Shown one piece after another: positions 51,801-62,199 of a stretch of 64,000 nt of DNA. Positions within the stretch are counted from its first letter, which is position 1. Each line of letters starts with the position of its first letter. The DNA comes from an uncultured Alphaproteobacteria bacterium (GTDB taxonomy: Bacteria; Pseudomonadota; Alphaproteobacteria; Rhizobiales; Hyphomicrobiaceae), in assembly GCA_963847435.1 (NCBI GenBank), contig CAWJZR010000022.1, forward strand, positions 155,168-219,167. The letters are read 5' to 3'. Position numbers and translations under genes: made by a program. The notes below the pieces were generated by a model. It was given only the letters and a program-made list of their open reading frames with translations. It had not been told where the DNA came from and did no database searches.

Positions 51801-52327
51801 GCGGCAGGCCTTCGCCGCGCCCGTGCTTCTGTCGAACGATACGGATCTTGGTCCAGATCCAAGCGAACGAGACCAGCAACCGGATCGAGAATCAAGCCGT
51901 AGAACATGCGGAAGACGAAAGCGTACCACACCCACCAGAACAGCTTTCGGTTCATCAGCAGGTGCGTGACCTTCAGATCGAAGTGCTGCATGAAATCGAA
52001 GAAGGCCCCGCGCAGGACGAGATCGAACGCGAAGACGGCGGTCGCGAAGGGGCCCGCAAACGTGGGTCCTTTTTCATCGGCGAAGATCTTGAAGCCCTCG
52101 GACTGCAGCATCAGGCAGCTCACGGTGAACAGGGCGTAGAAGACGATGACCGAAAGACCCATGAACCGGTAGTAGAGCAGGGCGTGGCGCAAGGTGTCGC
52201 GCGAGAAGCCGAAGTCGACCCAACTGTCGAGATCGCGGTGCTTGCTATCGTGATAGAACCAGGTGAACGCGGAAACCGCGATCATCGCGACGGCGAGCGC
52301 GATGGCGACCCAGACGGAATAGCTCAT
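51797..52327 (-). CDS. Hypothetical integral membrane protein
   Basis: Intact ORF from MSYSVWVAIALAVAMIAVSAF. Several hydrophobic segments (FMGLSVIVFYALFTVSCLML; FAGPFATAVFAFDLVL; LFWWVWYAFVFRMFYGL). Confidence 0.5.
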   Translation of the reverse strand: MSYSVWVAIALAVAMIAVSAFTWFYHDSKHRDLDSWVDFGFSRDTLRHALLYYRFMGLSVIVFYALFTVSCLMLQSEGFKIFADEKGPTFAGPFATAVFAFDLVLRGAFFDFMQHFDLKVTHLLMNRKLFWWVWYAFVFRMFYGLILDPVAGLVRLDLDQDPYRSTEARARRRPAA

Positions 52328-52383
52328 GATGTCGCCCGGCTCGCCACTCGCGAGATCAGCATCAACGCCGCCAGCTCCATCAT

Positions 52384-52938
52384 TTATTTGGCCGTCAGAC
52401 GGTAACCCTGGTGGCACGCGCCGCAGTTGGCGAGCAGAACAGTGAGCTGCTTCAGGACCTGCTGCTTGTCGCCTATGCCGGAGGCCTCGTCGGCCAGAGT
52501 GCCGAACTTCTGATGCGTATCCATGCCCAGCATCTTGAACTCCATCGGCATCTTGGTCATCAGCGTGCGCGGAGCGTGCTGCATGGTGACCATGCCGGAC
52601 TTGAGCGCTGCAGCACTCACGGACTTCATATCGCCATCCACGACACCTTGCAGGATGCCCTGCACGCTATCGAGAAAGCCCCGCATCTCCGCCAGCACGA
52701 AGTCGCGCTCCTCGGCCGTCAATTCGATGACTTGGCGTTCGTCCGGCGCGGCGGGGACCGTTGCCGAGGGCGGTTCTTTCATCTCGCCTGGGATCATGCC
52801 ACCTTTCCCCACGCCACCGGGGCCGTGCATTTGATCGTGCATCGGCATCTTGGGCGCCTGCGGGGCAACATCTTCCGCCAAGGCGGCGCCCGTAATCAGC
52901 GCGGCGGCGACGGCCAAGCAAAGGCGAGACGTGCTCAT
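52384..52938 (-). CDS. Class II c-type cytochrome (cytochrome c'-like) with a signal peptide and a Met/His-rich N-terminal insert
   Basis: Intact ORF. Signal MSTSRLCLAVAAALITGAALA. Single CxxCH near the C-terminus (LLANCGACHQGYRLTAK-stop), as in four-helix-bundle class II cytochromes c. N-terminal insert PKMPMHDQMHGPGGVGKGGMIPGEMKE. Confidence 0.6.
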   Translation of the reverse strand: MSTSRLCLAVAAALITGAALAEDVAPQAPKMPMHDQMHGPGGVGKGGMIPGEMKEPPSATVPAAPDERQVIELTAEERDFVLAEMRGFLDSVQGILQGVVDGDMKSVSAAALKSGMVTMQHAPRTLMTKMPMEFKMLGMDTHQKFGTLADEASGIGDKQQVLKQLTVLLANCGACHQGYRLTAK

Positions 52939-52976
52939 GGCGAATTCCTTCAGCGCTGGCCCCTTGTGGCAGCGGC

Positions 52977-54064
52977 TCAGGCCGACAGCCCGCCGGCGAG
53001 CGTCGGCACGTCGAGCGCGCGAGAAGCCGTAGTGGCTGCAGCCAGCGCAGGTCGGCGGAGAAAATGTCGCGCAGGTCGGGGATGCCGTATTTCAGCATGG
53101 CGATGCGGTCGAGGCCCATGCCGAAGGCGAAGCCCTGGTACTTTTCGGGATCGAGGCCGCAGTTGCTGCATGACGTTCGGGTGCACCATGCCGCAGCCGA
53201 GGATCTCCAGCCATTGCCCCGGCTTGCCGATGGCGCCTCGGCGTCGATGTCGACCTCCATCGACGGCTCGGTGAAGGGGAAGTGCGAGGCGCGGAAGCGC
53301 ATCTTCACCTCGTCGACCTCGAAGAACGCCTTGCAGAACTCCTCCAGCACCACTTGAGGTGGCCCAGGTGCGTCGTCTCGTCGATCACGAGGCCCTCGAT
53401 CTGGTGGAACATCGGCGTGTGCGTCTGGTCGCTGTCGCAGCGGTAGACGCGGCCCGGCGCGATGATGCGGATCGGCGGCTTCTGCGCCATCATGGTGCGG
53501 ATCTGCACCGGGCTCGTGTGCGTGCGCAGCACCAACCGCGAGCCGTCGGCGCTTCGGCGCTGCAAATAGAAGGTGTCGTGCTCCTGCCGCGCGGGATGCT
53601 CGGGCGGGATGTTGAGCTTGGTGAAGTTGAGGTCGTCGGTCTCGATGTCCGGACCTTCGGCGACGGCGAAGCCCATGTCGGCGAAGATCTCGACGCACCT
53701 CGTCGAACACCTGGCTGACGGGATGGATGCGTCCGTCCTGCAGCGGGCCGAGGCGCACGGGCAGCGTGATGTCGGCCGTCTCGGTCGCGAGCCGGGCGTC
53801 GAGCGCCTGCGCTCCAGCTCGGCCTTGCGCGCCTCCGAGCGCCTCGCTGACGCGTGCCTTGAGGCCGTTGACGGCCTGCGCCGAAGGCCTTGCGCTCTTC
53901 CGGCGGCAGCGAGCCGAGCGTCTGCCATCAGCTCGGGGACGCGGCCCTTCTTGCCGAGCGCGGCGATGCGCACGCGCTCGATGCGCGGCAAGATCGGCGG
54001 CGCCGGCGATCTCGGCGAGCAGAGCGCGCTTCGAGGGCGGCGAGGTCGGAACGGCCAGTATCAA
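52977..54064 (-). CDS. pheS: Phenylalanine--tRNA ligase alpha subunit. Many frame switches as assembled; the start is approximate.
   Basis: [112 protein letters not shown]-stop. Confidence 0.9.
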
Positions 54065-54131
54065 TCCGCGTGCTCTGCGGTCCCGGGACGCTCACCAGCT
54101 TCGCTTCGCGAAGCGGCTTGTCCACGCGCGA

Positions 54132-54627
54132 TCATGCCGGTCGACAAGCTCCGCATGGTGGGCACCCTCCGGACAGCCCCGTGATGTGCGACAGGAGCTC
54201 GAGCGGATAGCGGCTCCGCGGCATTCGATCTCGGAGCCTTGTCGGCATCGGCCTTCGCTGACGGCCGCGGCCTTCTTGACGGGCGGCGGCCTGGTCGACG
54301 AGCGCCTTGAAGCCGGCCGGCGTCCTTGACGGCGAGATCGGCCAGCACCTTGCGGTCGACGTCGATGCCGGCGTTGCGAGGCCGTCGATAAATCGGCCGT
54401 AGGTGAGGCCGTGCTCGCGCACCGCGGCGTTGATGCGCTGGATCCAGAGCGCGCGGAAGGTGCGCTTCCTGCGCTTGCGGTCGCGATAGGCGTACTGCAT
54501 GCGCCTTCTCGACCGCCTGCTTGGCGATGCGGATCGTATTCTTGCGGCGGCCGTAGTAGCCCTTGGCCTCCTTCAGAACTTTCTTGTGCTTGGCGTGGGC
54601 GGTGACGCCGCGCTTGACGCGTGCCAT
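54132..54627 (-). CDS. rplT: 50S ribosomal protein L20. Frame switches as assembled, so the 3' end cannot be placed.
   Basis: [41 protein letters not shown]; [40 protein letters not shown]; [17 protein letters not shown]. The L20-like part ends near 54290. No stop codon exists in any minus-strand frame between 54135 and about 54420. Confidence 0.85.
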
Positions 54628-54697
54628 GGGATCAACTCCATCAAAAAGCGATTCAGATTGAGTCGAGTGAGCTGCCGAGCTCGCCGGCTCAGCGCGG

Positions 54698-54898
54698 TCA
54701 GCGGGCGTAGGGCATGTACTTCTTGACGATCTTGGCGTCGCTGTCGTTGAGCACCATGGTGCCGCGCGCGCTGCGAACGAACTTGGCCGTGCGCTTGATC
54801 ATGCCGTGACGCTTGCCCTGGGCCGCGACCTTGACCTTGCCCGTGCCGGTCATCTTGAAGCGCTTTTTGGCGCCGCTCTTGGTCTTCATCTTGGGCAT
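54698..54898 (-). CDS. rpmI: 50S ribosomal protein L35
   Basis: Intact ORF: [66 protein letters not shown]. Confidence 0.95.
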   Translation of the reverse strand: MPKMKTKSGAKKRFKMTGTGKVKVAAQGKRHGMIKRTAKFVRSARGTMVLNDSDAKIVKKYMPYAR

Positions 54899-55131
54899 TT
54901 TGCTCTCCTTTCTCGATCACGGCGCTGTCAGCGCGCTCGACGAAGCCACGTCCCTCGGTGCGGAAATATCCCGCGAACCGCTTGCACTTCAAGGCTTTAG
55001 CCTCAAAGAGCGGCGATCCCGGCCGTTGCCGACCGACCGTGACGGAGATGGCGATTGAGCGCTTGGCCGTACGGTTTGAAAACGCATTTAGAGCCGCCAC
55101 GGCATGCCCCGCCGGGCGGCTCAGAGCGGGC

Positions 55132-55160
55132 TTTATATGCGGGGTAGCCTGCCAACGCAA
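55132..55160 (-). promoter_or_regulatory. Candidate sigma-70 promoter of the rpmI-rplT-pheS operon (about 230-nt leader)
   Basis: Minus strand: TTGCGT (55155-55160), 17 nt, TATAAA (55132-55137). The leader contains the hairpin GAGCCGCC..GGCGGCTC (55091-55122). Confidence 0.3.
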
Positions 55161-55204
55161 CGGAAACGTTGGAGGAAAGCTATCGACCGCAAGCGGCGGA
55201 TGCT

Positions 55205-55504
55205 TCAAGCAGCCTTGTGAGGCCGGATGCGCCGTTCGATCTCAGGCCACGTTGTCCGCTGAGCACGCCTCAGATCGTACGTCGCCTGCAACCGCAGCCA
55301 CATCTCGGGACTGGTGCTAAAGAACTTGGCGAGGCGGAGCGCAGTGTCAGCACTGATCGCTCTCTCGCCCTTAACGATGGCTGCGATGCGGCTCACCGGC
55401 ACATCGATATCGCGGGCGAGCTGATTTTGGCTAACCTTTAGTGGCTCCAGGAACTCCGTTAGAAGGATTTCGCCTGGCGGTATGGGCTCGTGGTACTCGG
55501 CCAT
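55205..55504 (-). CDS. higA: HigA-family antitoxin (XRE-type HTH)
   Basis: Intact ORF. PIPPGEILLTEFLEPLKVSQNQLARDIDVPVSRIAAIVKGERAISADTALRLAKFFSTSPEMWLRLQATYDL matches the HigA signature. Confidence 0.85.
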   Translation of the reverse strand: MAEYHEPIPPGEILLTEFLEPLKVSQNQLARDIDVPVSRIAAIVKGERAISADTALRLAKFFSTSPEMWLRLQATYDLRRAQRTTWPEIERRIRPHKAA

Positions 55505-55518
55505 GGTCCCTTACTTTC

Positions 55519-55581
55519 TCAGTGATAGTCGACGATTTCGAGCTATTCCGCCGCTAGCATTCCGTCAAACGGAATGATGTT
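55519..55581 (-). pseudogene. higB: Remnant of a higB (killer-protein family) toxin gene: only about 20 C-terminal codons, with an in-frame TAG
   Basis: The minus strand reads NIIPFDGMLAAE-TAG-LEIVDYH-TGA, and the stop lies 14 nt before the higA ATG. The ..VDYH C-terminus is typical of HigB killer proteins. There is no room for a full gene before uup (starts at 55677 on the opposite strand). Confidence 0.5.
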
Positions 55582-55676
55582 TGGAGGCGCAGCTGGAGTT
55601 GAAACTACGGCGCCAGGGTGCCACAGGTGTCTTGCCTGACGCCCAACTCAAACTCGTACAGGATTGCCGCCCCCGC

Positions 55677-57490
<1,814 letters not shown>

Positions 57491-57494
<4 letters not shown>

Positions 57495-58135
57495 CGCTCG
57501 GCAGAGACAAGATTACGGGGGTTCTGCTGGCTGGCGGACAGTCTCGGCGCATGTTTGCCACGAGCGAGGGCGGCGGCGACAAGGGCCTGTTGGAGTTGCA
57601 TGGGCGGCCGATGATCGCGCACGTCCGTGAACGGCTTGGGGCTCAAGTCGGCGCCATCGTCCTCAACGCCAATGGCGATCCGGTGCGGTTCGCCGCGCTT
57701 GGGCTTCCCGTGGCGCCCGATACAGTGGAAGGCTTCGTCGGTCCGCTCGCGGGCGTGCTGGCTGGATTGCGCTGGTCGGCTGCGAATGCGCCTAAGGCAA
57801 CCCACATCGCCACCGTGTCGACTGACGCGCCGTTCATTCCAAACGATCTCGTGGCGCAGCTTGCTGCTGCAAAGGAGCGGGACGGCAAAGCCATTGCGCT
57901 CGCGGCATCCGACGGCGAGGTGCATCCGGTAATCGGGCTGTGGCCGGTGGCGCTAGCGGACGATCTCGAAGCGGCCCTGAAGGATGGCGTGCGCAAAGTG
58001 CTGCGTTGGACTGATCGGCATGGTACCGTTGTCGTCGAATTCCCATTTATTGAGTTGAACGGGCGGCGTATCGATCCGTTCTTCAATGCCAACACGCCCG
58101 AGGAACTCGCTGAAGCCCGTGCGCTTCTCGGCTGA
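57491..58135 (+). CDS. mobA: Molybdenum cofactor guanylyltransferase
   Basis: Intact ORF. ITGVLLAGGQSRRM..GDKGLLELHGRPMIAHV..GPLAGVLAGL..VSTDAPFIP. The ATG overlaps the uup stop (ATGA). Confidence 0.85.
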
Positions 58136-58156
58136 GAGACCCGACGAGACGACTAC

Positions 58157-58753
58157 ATGACCGACTTCAAGACCCCGATCATCGGTATTGCCGGCTGGAA
58201 GAAATCCGGCAAAACCACCCTATCGGTGCGCCTCGTCGAGGAGTTCACGCTGCGCGGCTTCAAGGTTGCGACCGTCAAACACGCGCACCACGAGTTCCAA
58301 ATCGATGACGGCGAGACAGACAGTGCGCGCCATCGCCGTGCAGGGGCCGCGCAAACCGCTATCGTCGGCGGCAAACGTTGGGCCATCGTCACGGAACTGC
58401 GCGGTGCGCCGGAACCGAACTTCGAGGAGATTATCGCGACCCTCGAGCCTTGCGATTTAATCCTGGTCGAGGGGTACAAGTCGGCGGCCATCCCGAAGAT
58501 TGAAGCAAGGCGCTCCGCCCAGCTTTCCAAGCGCGCGTTGGCTGACGAGGATCCGCTGGTGATCGCAGTTGCAGCCGATCACCAGGTCGATGGGAAGGGG
58601 CTGCCCGTGTTCTCCCTCGATGATATTCGCGAAATTGCCAATTACATCGACGAGAAGATCGGGCCGCTGAAGCCGCGAAGTAGTCGCGGGCAAAAGACCA
58701 TAGGGCTGGACGGCTCTCGGGATACGCCGGAACCCGCACCTTCGGATTCATAA
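58157..58753 (+). CDS. mobB: Molybdopterin-guanine dinucleotide biosynthesis adapter protein MobB
   Basis: Intact ORF. IIGIAGWKKSGKTTLSVRLVEEFTLRGFKVATVKHAHHEFQID..DLILVEGYK. Confidence 0.85.
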   Translation: MTDFKTPIIGIAGWKKSGKTTLSVRLVEEFTLRGFKVATVKHAHHEFQIDDGETDSARHRRAGAAQTAIVGGKRWAIVTELRGAPEPNFEEIIATLEPCDLILVEGYKSAAIPKIEARRSAQLSKRALADEDPLVIAVAADHQVDGKGLPVFSLDDIREIANYIDEKIGPLKPRSSRGQKTIGLDGSRDTPEPAPSDS

Positions 58754-58810
58754 AAGAGACGCGAGGTGCGTGCCTGGTTTGTCCTGGATCGATGGCTTCC
58801 TGAGGCTCGC

Positions 58811-59638
58811 ATGAGGCTGACGTCTCTATCGCCGGCTATTATCTTCGCCGTTGCCACGGTCCTGCTTTGCGGTGGAAACCTCGTCGCCGATCCAGCGAAG
58901 AAGCCTGCCGTCCCGCCTGGTCGCGACCCCGGCGGCGTAGCGGTTGCAACCATCGGCGACGGCATCGACTACACCCGCACTGAAATTGCCCAGCGCCTGG
59001 CTCGGGACGGAGAGGGCGAGATTGTCGGCTTCGATCTCACCGACAAGGACCGGCGACCGTTCAGCCCCGCAGCCAACCTGCTGGGGGAAACGATCCTTCG
59101 CGAGTCCGGCCGCTCGCGCATCGCGGTGTTCCGGGCCGAGCGGGGGGATCTGCGGCAGACGGCCGAGGCGGTCGCCATGACCGCCAAAAGCCCCGCTCGG
59201 ATCGCTTTGCTCACCACCATCACGAGCGAGGAACCCGAGTGGGCTTTCCTGAAGGAGGCTTCGCGCCGGTTCCCTGACATACTTTTTGTCGTGCCCGCGG
59301 GTGACGCGAAGCGGACGTTCGACGCTTCGATCTCGCTGGATAACGTCATCGTGGTTACTGCGGCCGCTTTCGCGCAGCCGTCAGCTAACCAGGGTCCCGA
59401 TGCTGTGGATCTTGCGCTTTTGCCGTCGACGACAGGCGCGGAGGATGATGGGACGCGGCACCAATCAGCACGCATCGCGGCGCTCGCTGCTCGCATTGTC
59501 GCAGCTGAGCCTGACTTGAGAGGCGCGGCCATAAAGGCGCGCGTCGTCGGTCTTGCGAAGCCCTTTCCAGCAGGCTCGCCGAAGATGACGAGATTTGGTT
59601 GGATCGAAGATCCCGCGCAGTCTTTCAGGGCTGAATGA
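58811..59638 (+). CDS. Hypothetical exported protein with faint, degenerate subtilase-like motifs. An alternative start lies at 58766.
   Basis: Intact ORF. Signal-like MRLTSLSPAIIFAVATVLLCGG. VAVATIGDGIDY and DDGTRHQSARIAALAARIVAA loosely recall the S8 Asp and Ser boxes, but without the catalytic residues. Confidence 0.4.
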   Translation: MRLTSLSPAIIFAVATVLLCGGNLVADPAKKPAVPPGRDPGGVAVATIGDGIDYTRTEIAQRLARDGEGEIVGFDLTDKDRRPFSPAANLLGETILRESGRSRIAVFRAERGDLRQTAEAVAMTAKSPARIALLTTITSEEPEWAFLKEASRRFPDILFVVPAGDAKRTFDASISLDNVIVVTAAAFAQPSANQGPDAVDLALLPSTTGAEDDGTRHQSARIAALAARIVAAEPDLRGAAIKARVVGLAKPFPAGSPKMTRFGWIEDPAQSFRAE

Positions 59639-59843
59639 CGGTTTTTAACGCGCGCACTTGCGCTTCTTGTTCGTATTCTTCGAGGACCGCTTGCTCATCG
59701 AGCTTAACGGCTGCCGCGCACCCGCCACCAGCCGTTGCATCCTTGTCGTGAAATGCATCCTTGTCGTGAAATATTGACTTGCTGGGCTCGTCCGCATTCG
59801 AGACGGAAGCCCGCGAGCGCGACCGCGACAGGTCGAGGCTCAT
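59625..59843 (-). CDS. Short DUF3306-like protein (72 aa)
   Basis: MSLDLSRSRSRASVSNADEPSKSIFHDKDAFHDKDA... The ATG overlaps the DUF3305 stop (ATGA). Contains a perfect 18-nt x2 tandem repeat. Family assignment rests on position and a weak N-terminal resemblance. Confidence 0.4.
   Translation of the reverse strand: MSLDLSRSRSRASVSNADEPSKSIFHDKDAFHDKDATAGGGCAAAVKLDEQAVLEEYEQEAQVRALKTVIQP
59737..59772. repeat. Perfect tandem duplication, 2 x 18 nt, inside the DUF3306-like ORF
   Basis: GCATCCTTGTCGTGAAAT twice in a row. Encodes FHDKDA-FHDKDA on the minus strand. Confidence 0.9.
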
Positions 59844-60370
59844 TTGCCGTGAATTACGTTGCCACCGAAGGACTTGAAGCTGTCCAGGCTGAAGCCCATA
59901 TCTGCGCCCATCTCGCGGCGGCGGCTGAACTTGGCGCAAGGCGCCGCGTGACCGTGATCTGCGATGAAGCTCTCGACGCGCGCCACGAGTTGCGCCGGCA
60001 TCGGCACCCGCTCAACCATCTGGTAGCCGCTGCGATAGCCCTGAGCTTCGAAGGGCGAAGCTGACACCGATCGAACCAGGATCGGCATCTCGGTTCCACC
60101 TGCTGGATGCTGTTGAATGCCGACGTAGACCGAGGGGACGCCGTTAGCGAGATTGACCCGGTAGGCGGTAACTTGCCGATAGTCCAACTCAAGCGGCAGC
60201 GTTGCTGCATGATAGTGCACGAAACCTTGTCCGCGCCGGACCTCGCGCCACTCGGCAAATGGGGCGTCGAGTAATATATCTACGGGACGCCATCGCACGT
60301 CGTCCCAGGTGTGGGCCGCCGTCTCGCGCGCGATAATAACTCCGACTGGGATCGTTACGGCACGGCTCAT
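59840..60370 (-). CDS. DUF3305 domain-containing protein
   Basis: Intact ORF from MSRAVTIPVGVIIARETAAHTWDDVRWRPVDIL... Family called from memory of DUF3305 N-termini and from its position among Moco genes. Confidence 0.55.
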   Translation of the reverse strand: MSRAVTIPVGVIIARETAAHTWDDVRWRPVDILLDAPFAEWREVRRGQGFVHYHAATLPLELDYRQVTAYRVNLANGVPSVYVGIQQHPAGGTEMPILVRSVSASPFEAQGYRSGYQMVERVPMPAQLVARVESFIADHGHAAPCAKFSRRREMGADMGFSLDSFKSFGGNVIHGK

Positions 60371-60680
60371 GAACGGACCCCTTGCGACTTGCCGCTTCGT
60401 CCTAATACCAAAGTGTATAGTAGACTTTCGCGGCTCGTCCAACGCTAAATGTGATCTAGAGCTATGCATCTCCGAGCATAATTTGTGCCGGTTCGGACAT
60501 ACCTCGCAGGGCCGCCGCGACCACGCCAACGCTAAGCGCAAAACGCCACCTTGCCTGCGGCTAGGCTGAGGACCAATTACGCAGTGCAGTTCAACCCTGA
60601 CCTTGATCAAGCAGCCCGTAACCTGCGATAGTTACTTTGCTTCTGCTGGCGCGCCGCGAGCGCCTCTAACGGGATTCGCC

Positions 60681-61700
60681 ATGACGGCCCTTGCTACTGC
60701 TGCCAAGCCGATGATCGACCCCTACGGGCGGCATGTGAGCTATTTGCGCGTCTCGGTGACGGATCGGTGCGACTTTCGCTGCGTATATTGCATGTCAGAG
60801 CACATGACGTTCCTGCCCAAGCGCGAGTTGCTTACGCTCGAAGAGTTGGATCAGCTTTGCTCGGCTTTCGTGTCACGCGGGGTGAGGCGGCTTCGCATCA
60901 CCGGTGGCGAGCCGCTGGTGCGCAAGAACATCATGTGGCTGTTCAAGGCGCTATCGCGGCATCTCGAGACGGGTGACCTCGACGAACTCACGCTCACCAC
61001 CAACGGTAGCCAACTCGTCAGATATGCCGGCGATCTGAAGGCGGCAGGTGTGAAGCGCATTAATTTGTCGCTCGACACGCTCGACGCCGACAAGTTCAAG
61101 GCGATCACCCGGTGGGGCGATTTCGGCACCGTCATGGACGGGTTGGCCGCCGCCGAGAAAGCTGGACTGAAGGTCAAGATCAATGCCGTCGCTCTGAAGG
61201 ACGTCAACGAGCACGAGATCGACAACTTGGTGAGGTTCGCGCATGGGCGCGGCCACGACCTAACGCTGATCGAGACCATGCCGCTCGGCGACATCGAACA
61301 GGATCGCACCGACCAATACCTGCCGCTGTCGCTGGTGCGGGCGCGGCTCGCTAGTCGCTGGACCCTGTCGGACATCCCGTACCGCACCGGCGGCCCCGCC
61401 CGTTACGTGGAGGTCAAGGAAACCGGCGGGCGGATCGGGTTCATCACGCCGATGACCCATAATTTCTGCGAAAGCTGCAATCGTGTCCGGATCACCTGCA
61501 CTGGCACTCTCTACATGTGTCTCGGCCAAGAAGATGCCGCCGATCTGCGGACTCCGCTGCGTGCCAGCGTCGATGATGGGGCGATTTTCGACGCCATCGA
61601 CGAGGCGATCGGGCGAAAGCCGAAGGGCCACGACTTCGTCATCGACCGGCAGACGAGCAAGCCGGCGGTGGGCCGCCATATGAGTGTCACCGGCGGCTGA
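60681..61700 (+). CDS. moaA: GTP 3',8-cyclase MoaA (radical SAM)
   Basis: Intact [68 protein letters not shown]. Confidence 0.95.
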   Translation: MTALATAAKPMIDPYGRHVSYLRVSVTDRCDFRCVYCMSEHMTFLPKRELLTLEELDQLCSAFVSRGVRRLRITGGEPLVRKNIMWLFKALSRHLETGDLDELTLTTNGSQLVRYAGDLKAAGVKRINLSLDTLDADKFKAITRWGDFGTVMDGLAAAEKAGLKVKINAVALKDVNEHEIDNLVRFAHGRGHDLTLIETMPLGDIEQDRTDQYLPLSLVRARLASRWTLSDIPYRTGGPARYVEVKETGGRIGFITPMTHNFCESCNRVRITCTGTLYMCLGQEDAADLRTPLRASVDDGAIFDAIDEAIGRKPKGHDFVIDRQTSKPAVGRHMSVTGG

Positions 61701-62199
61701 TCTCCTCAACTCGATTCATCGCAACCGCAACACTTGCCCGAAAGTCGCGCGATCTGCCCGGAGGGGCGGCAGCGATGACGATCGTTGCTCCAATCCCCTT
61801 GTCTGATGGGGCGAAATCTGCAAGATAAGAGCATAAAGGTCAGCAATCCTGTCCTTTGTGTCCTAGTGTGTTCGCGATCGCCCGGCAATCGACTTTCCGA
61901 TTGCCGTCGCTTCGCGTACCCTTGCGACCGACCATGGCAATCTCGGGGTCAGCGTTCTCGAGTGGAGAGACGACGTGGCAGTGCTGCGGGTGAACGGGGC
62001 CAGTGAAGCCAAATGCGCGGAGGACCGCGCATTGCGAACACATCGCACGCGAAAACGCACGGGTCATCGAACCTGATCGCCGAGAGCGCGATCCCTTCGA
62101 GACGCAAGCCGAATTCACGGACGCCCGGCTCAAGCCCGAGCCACGAGGCGAACCGAACAGACGCAATCGACATCATTCGAACGGCACCGAGGCCGACAC

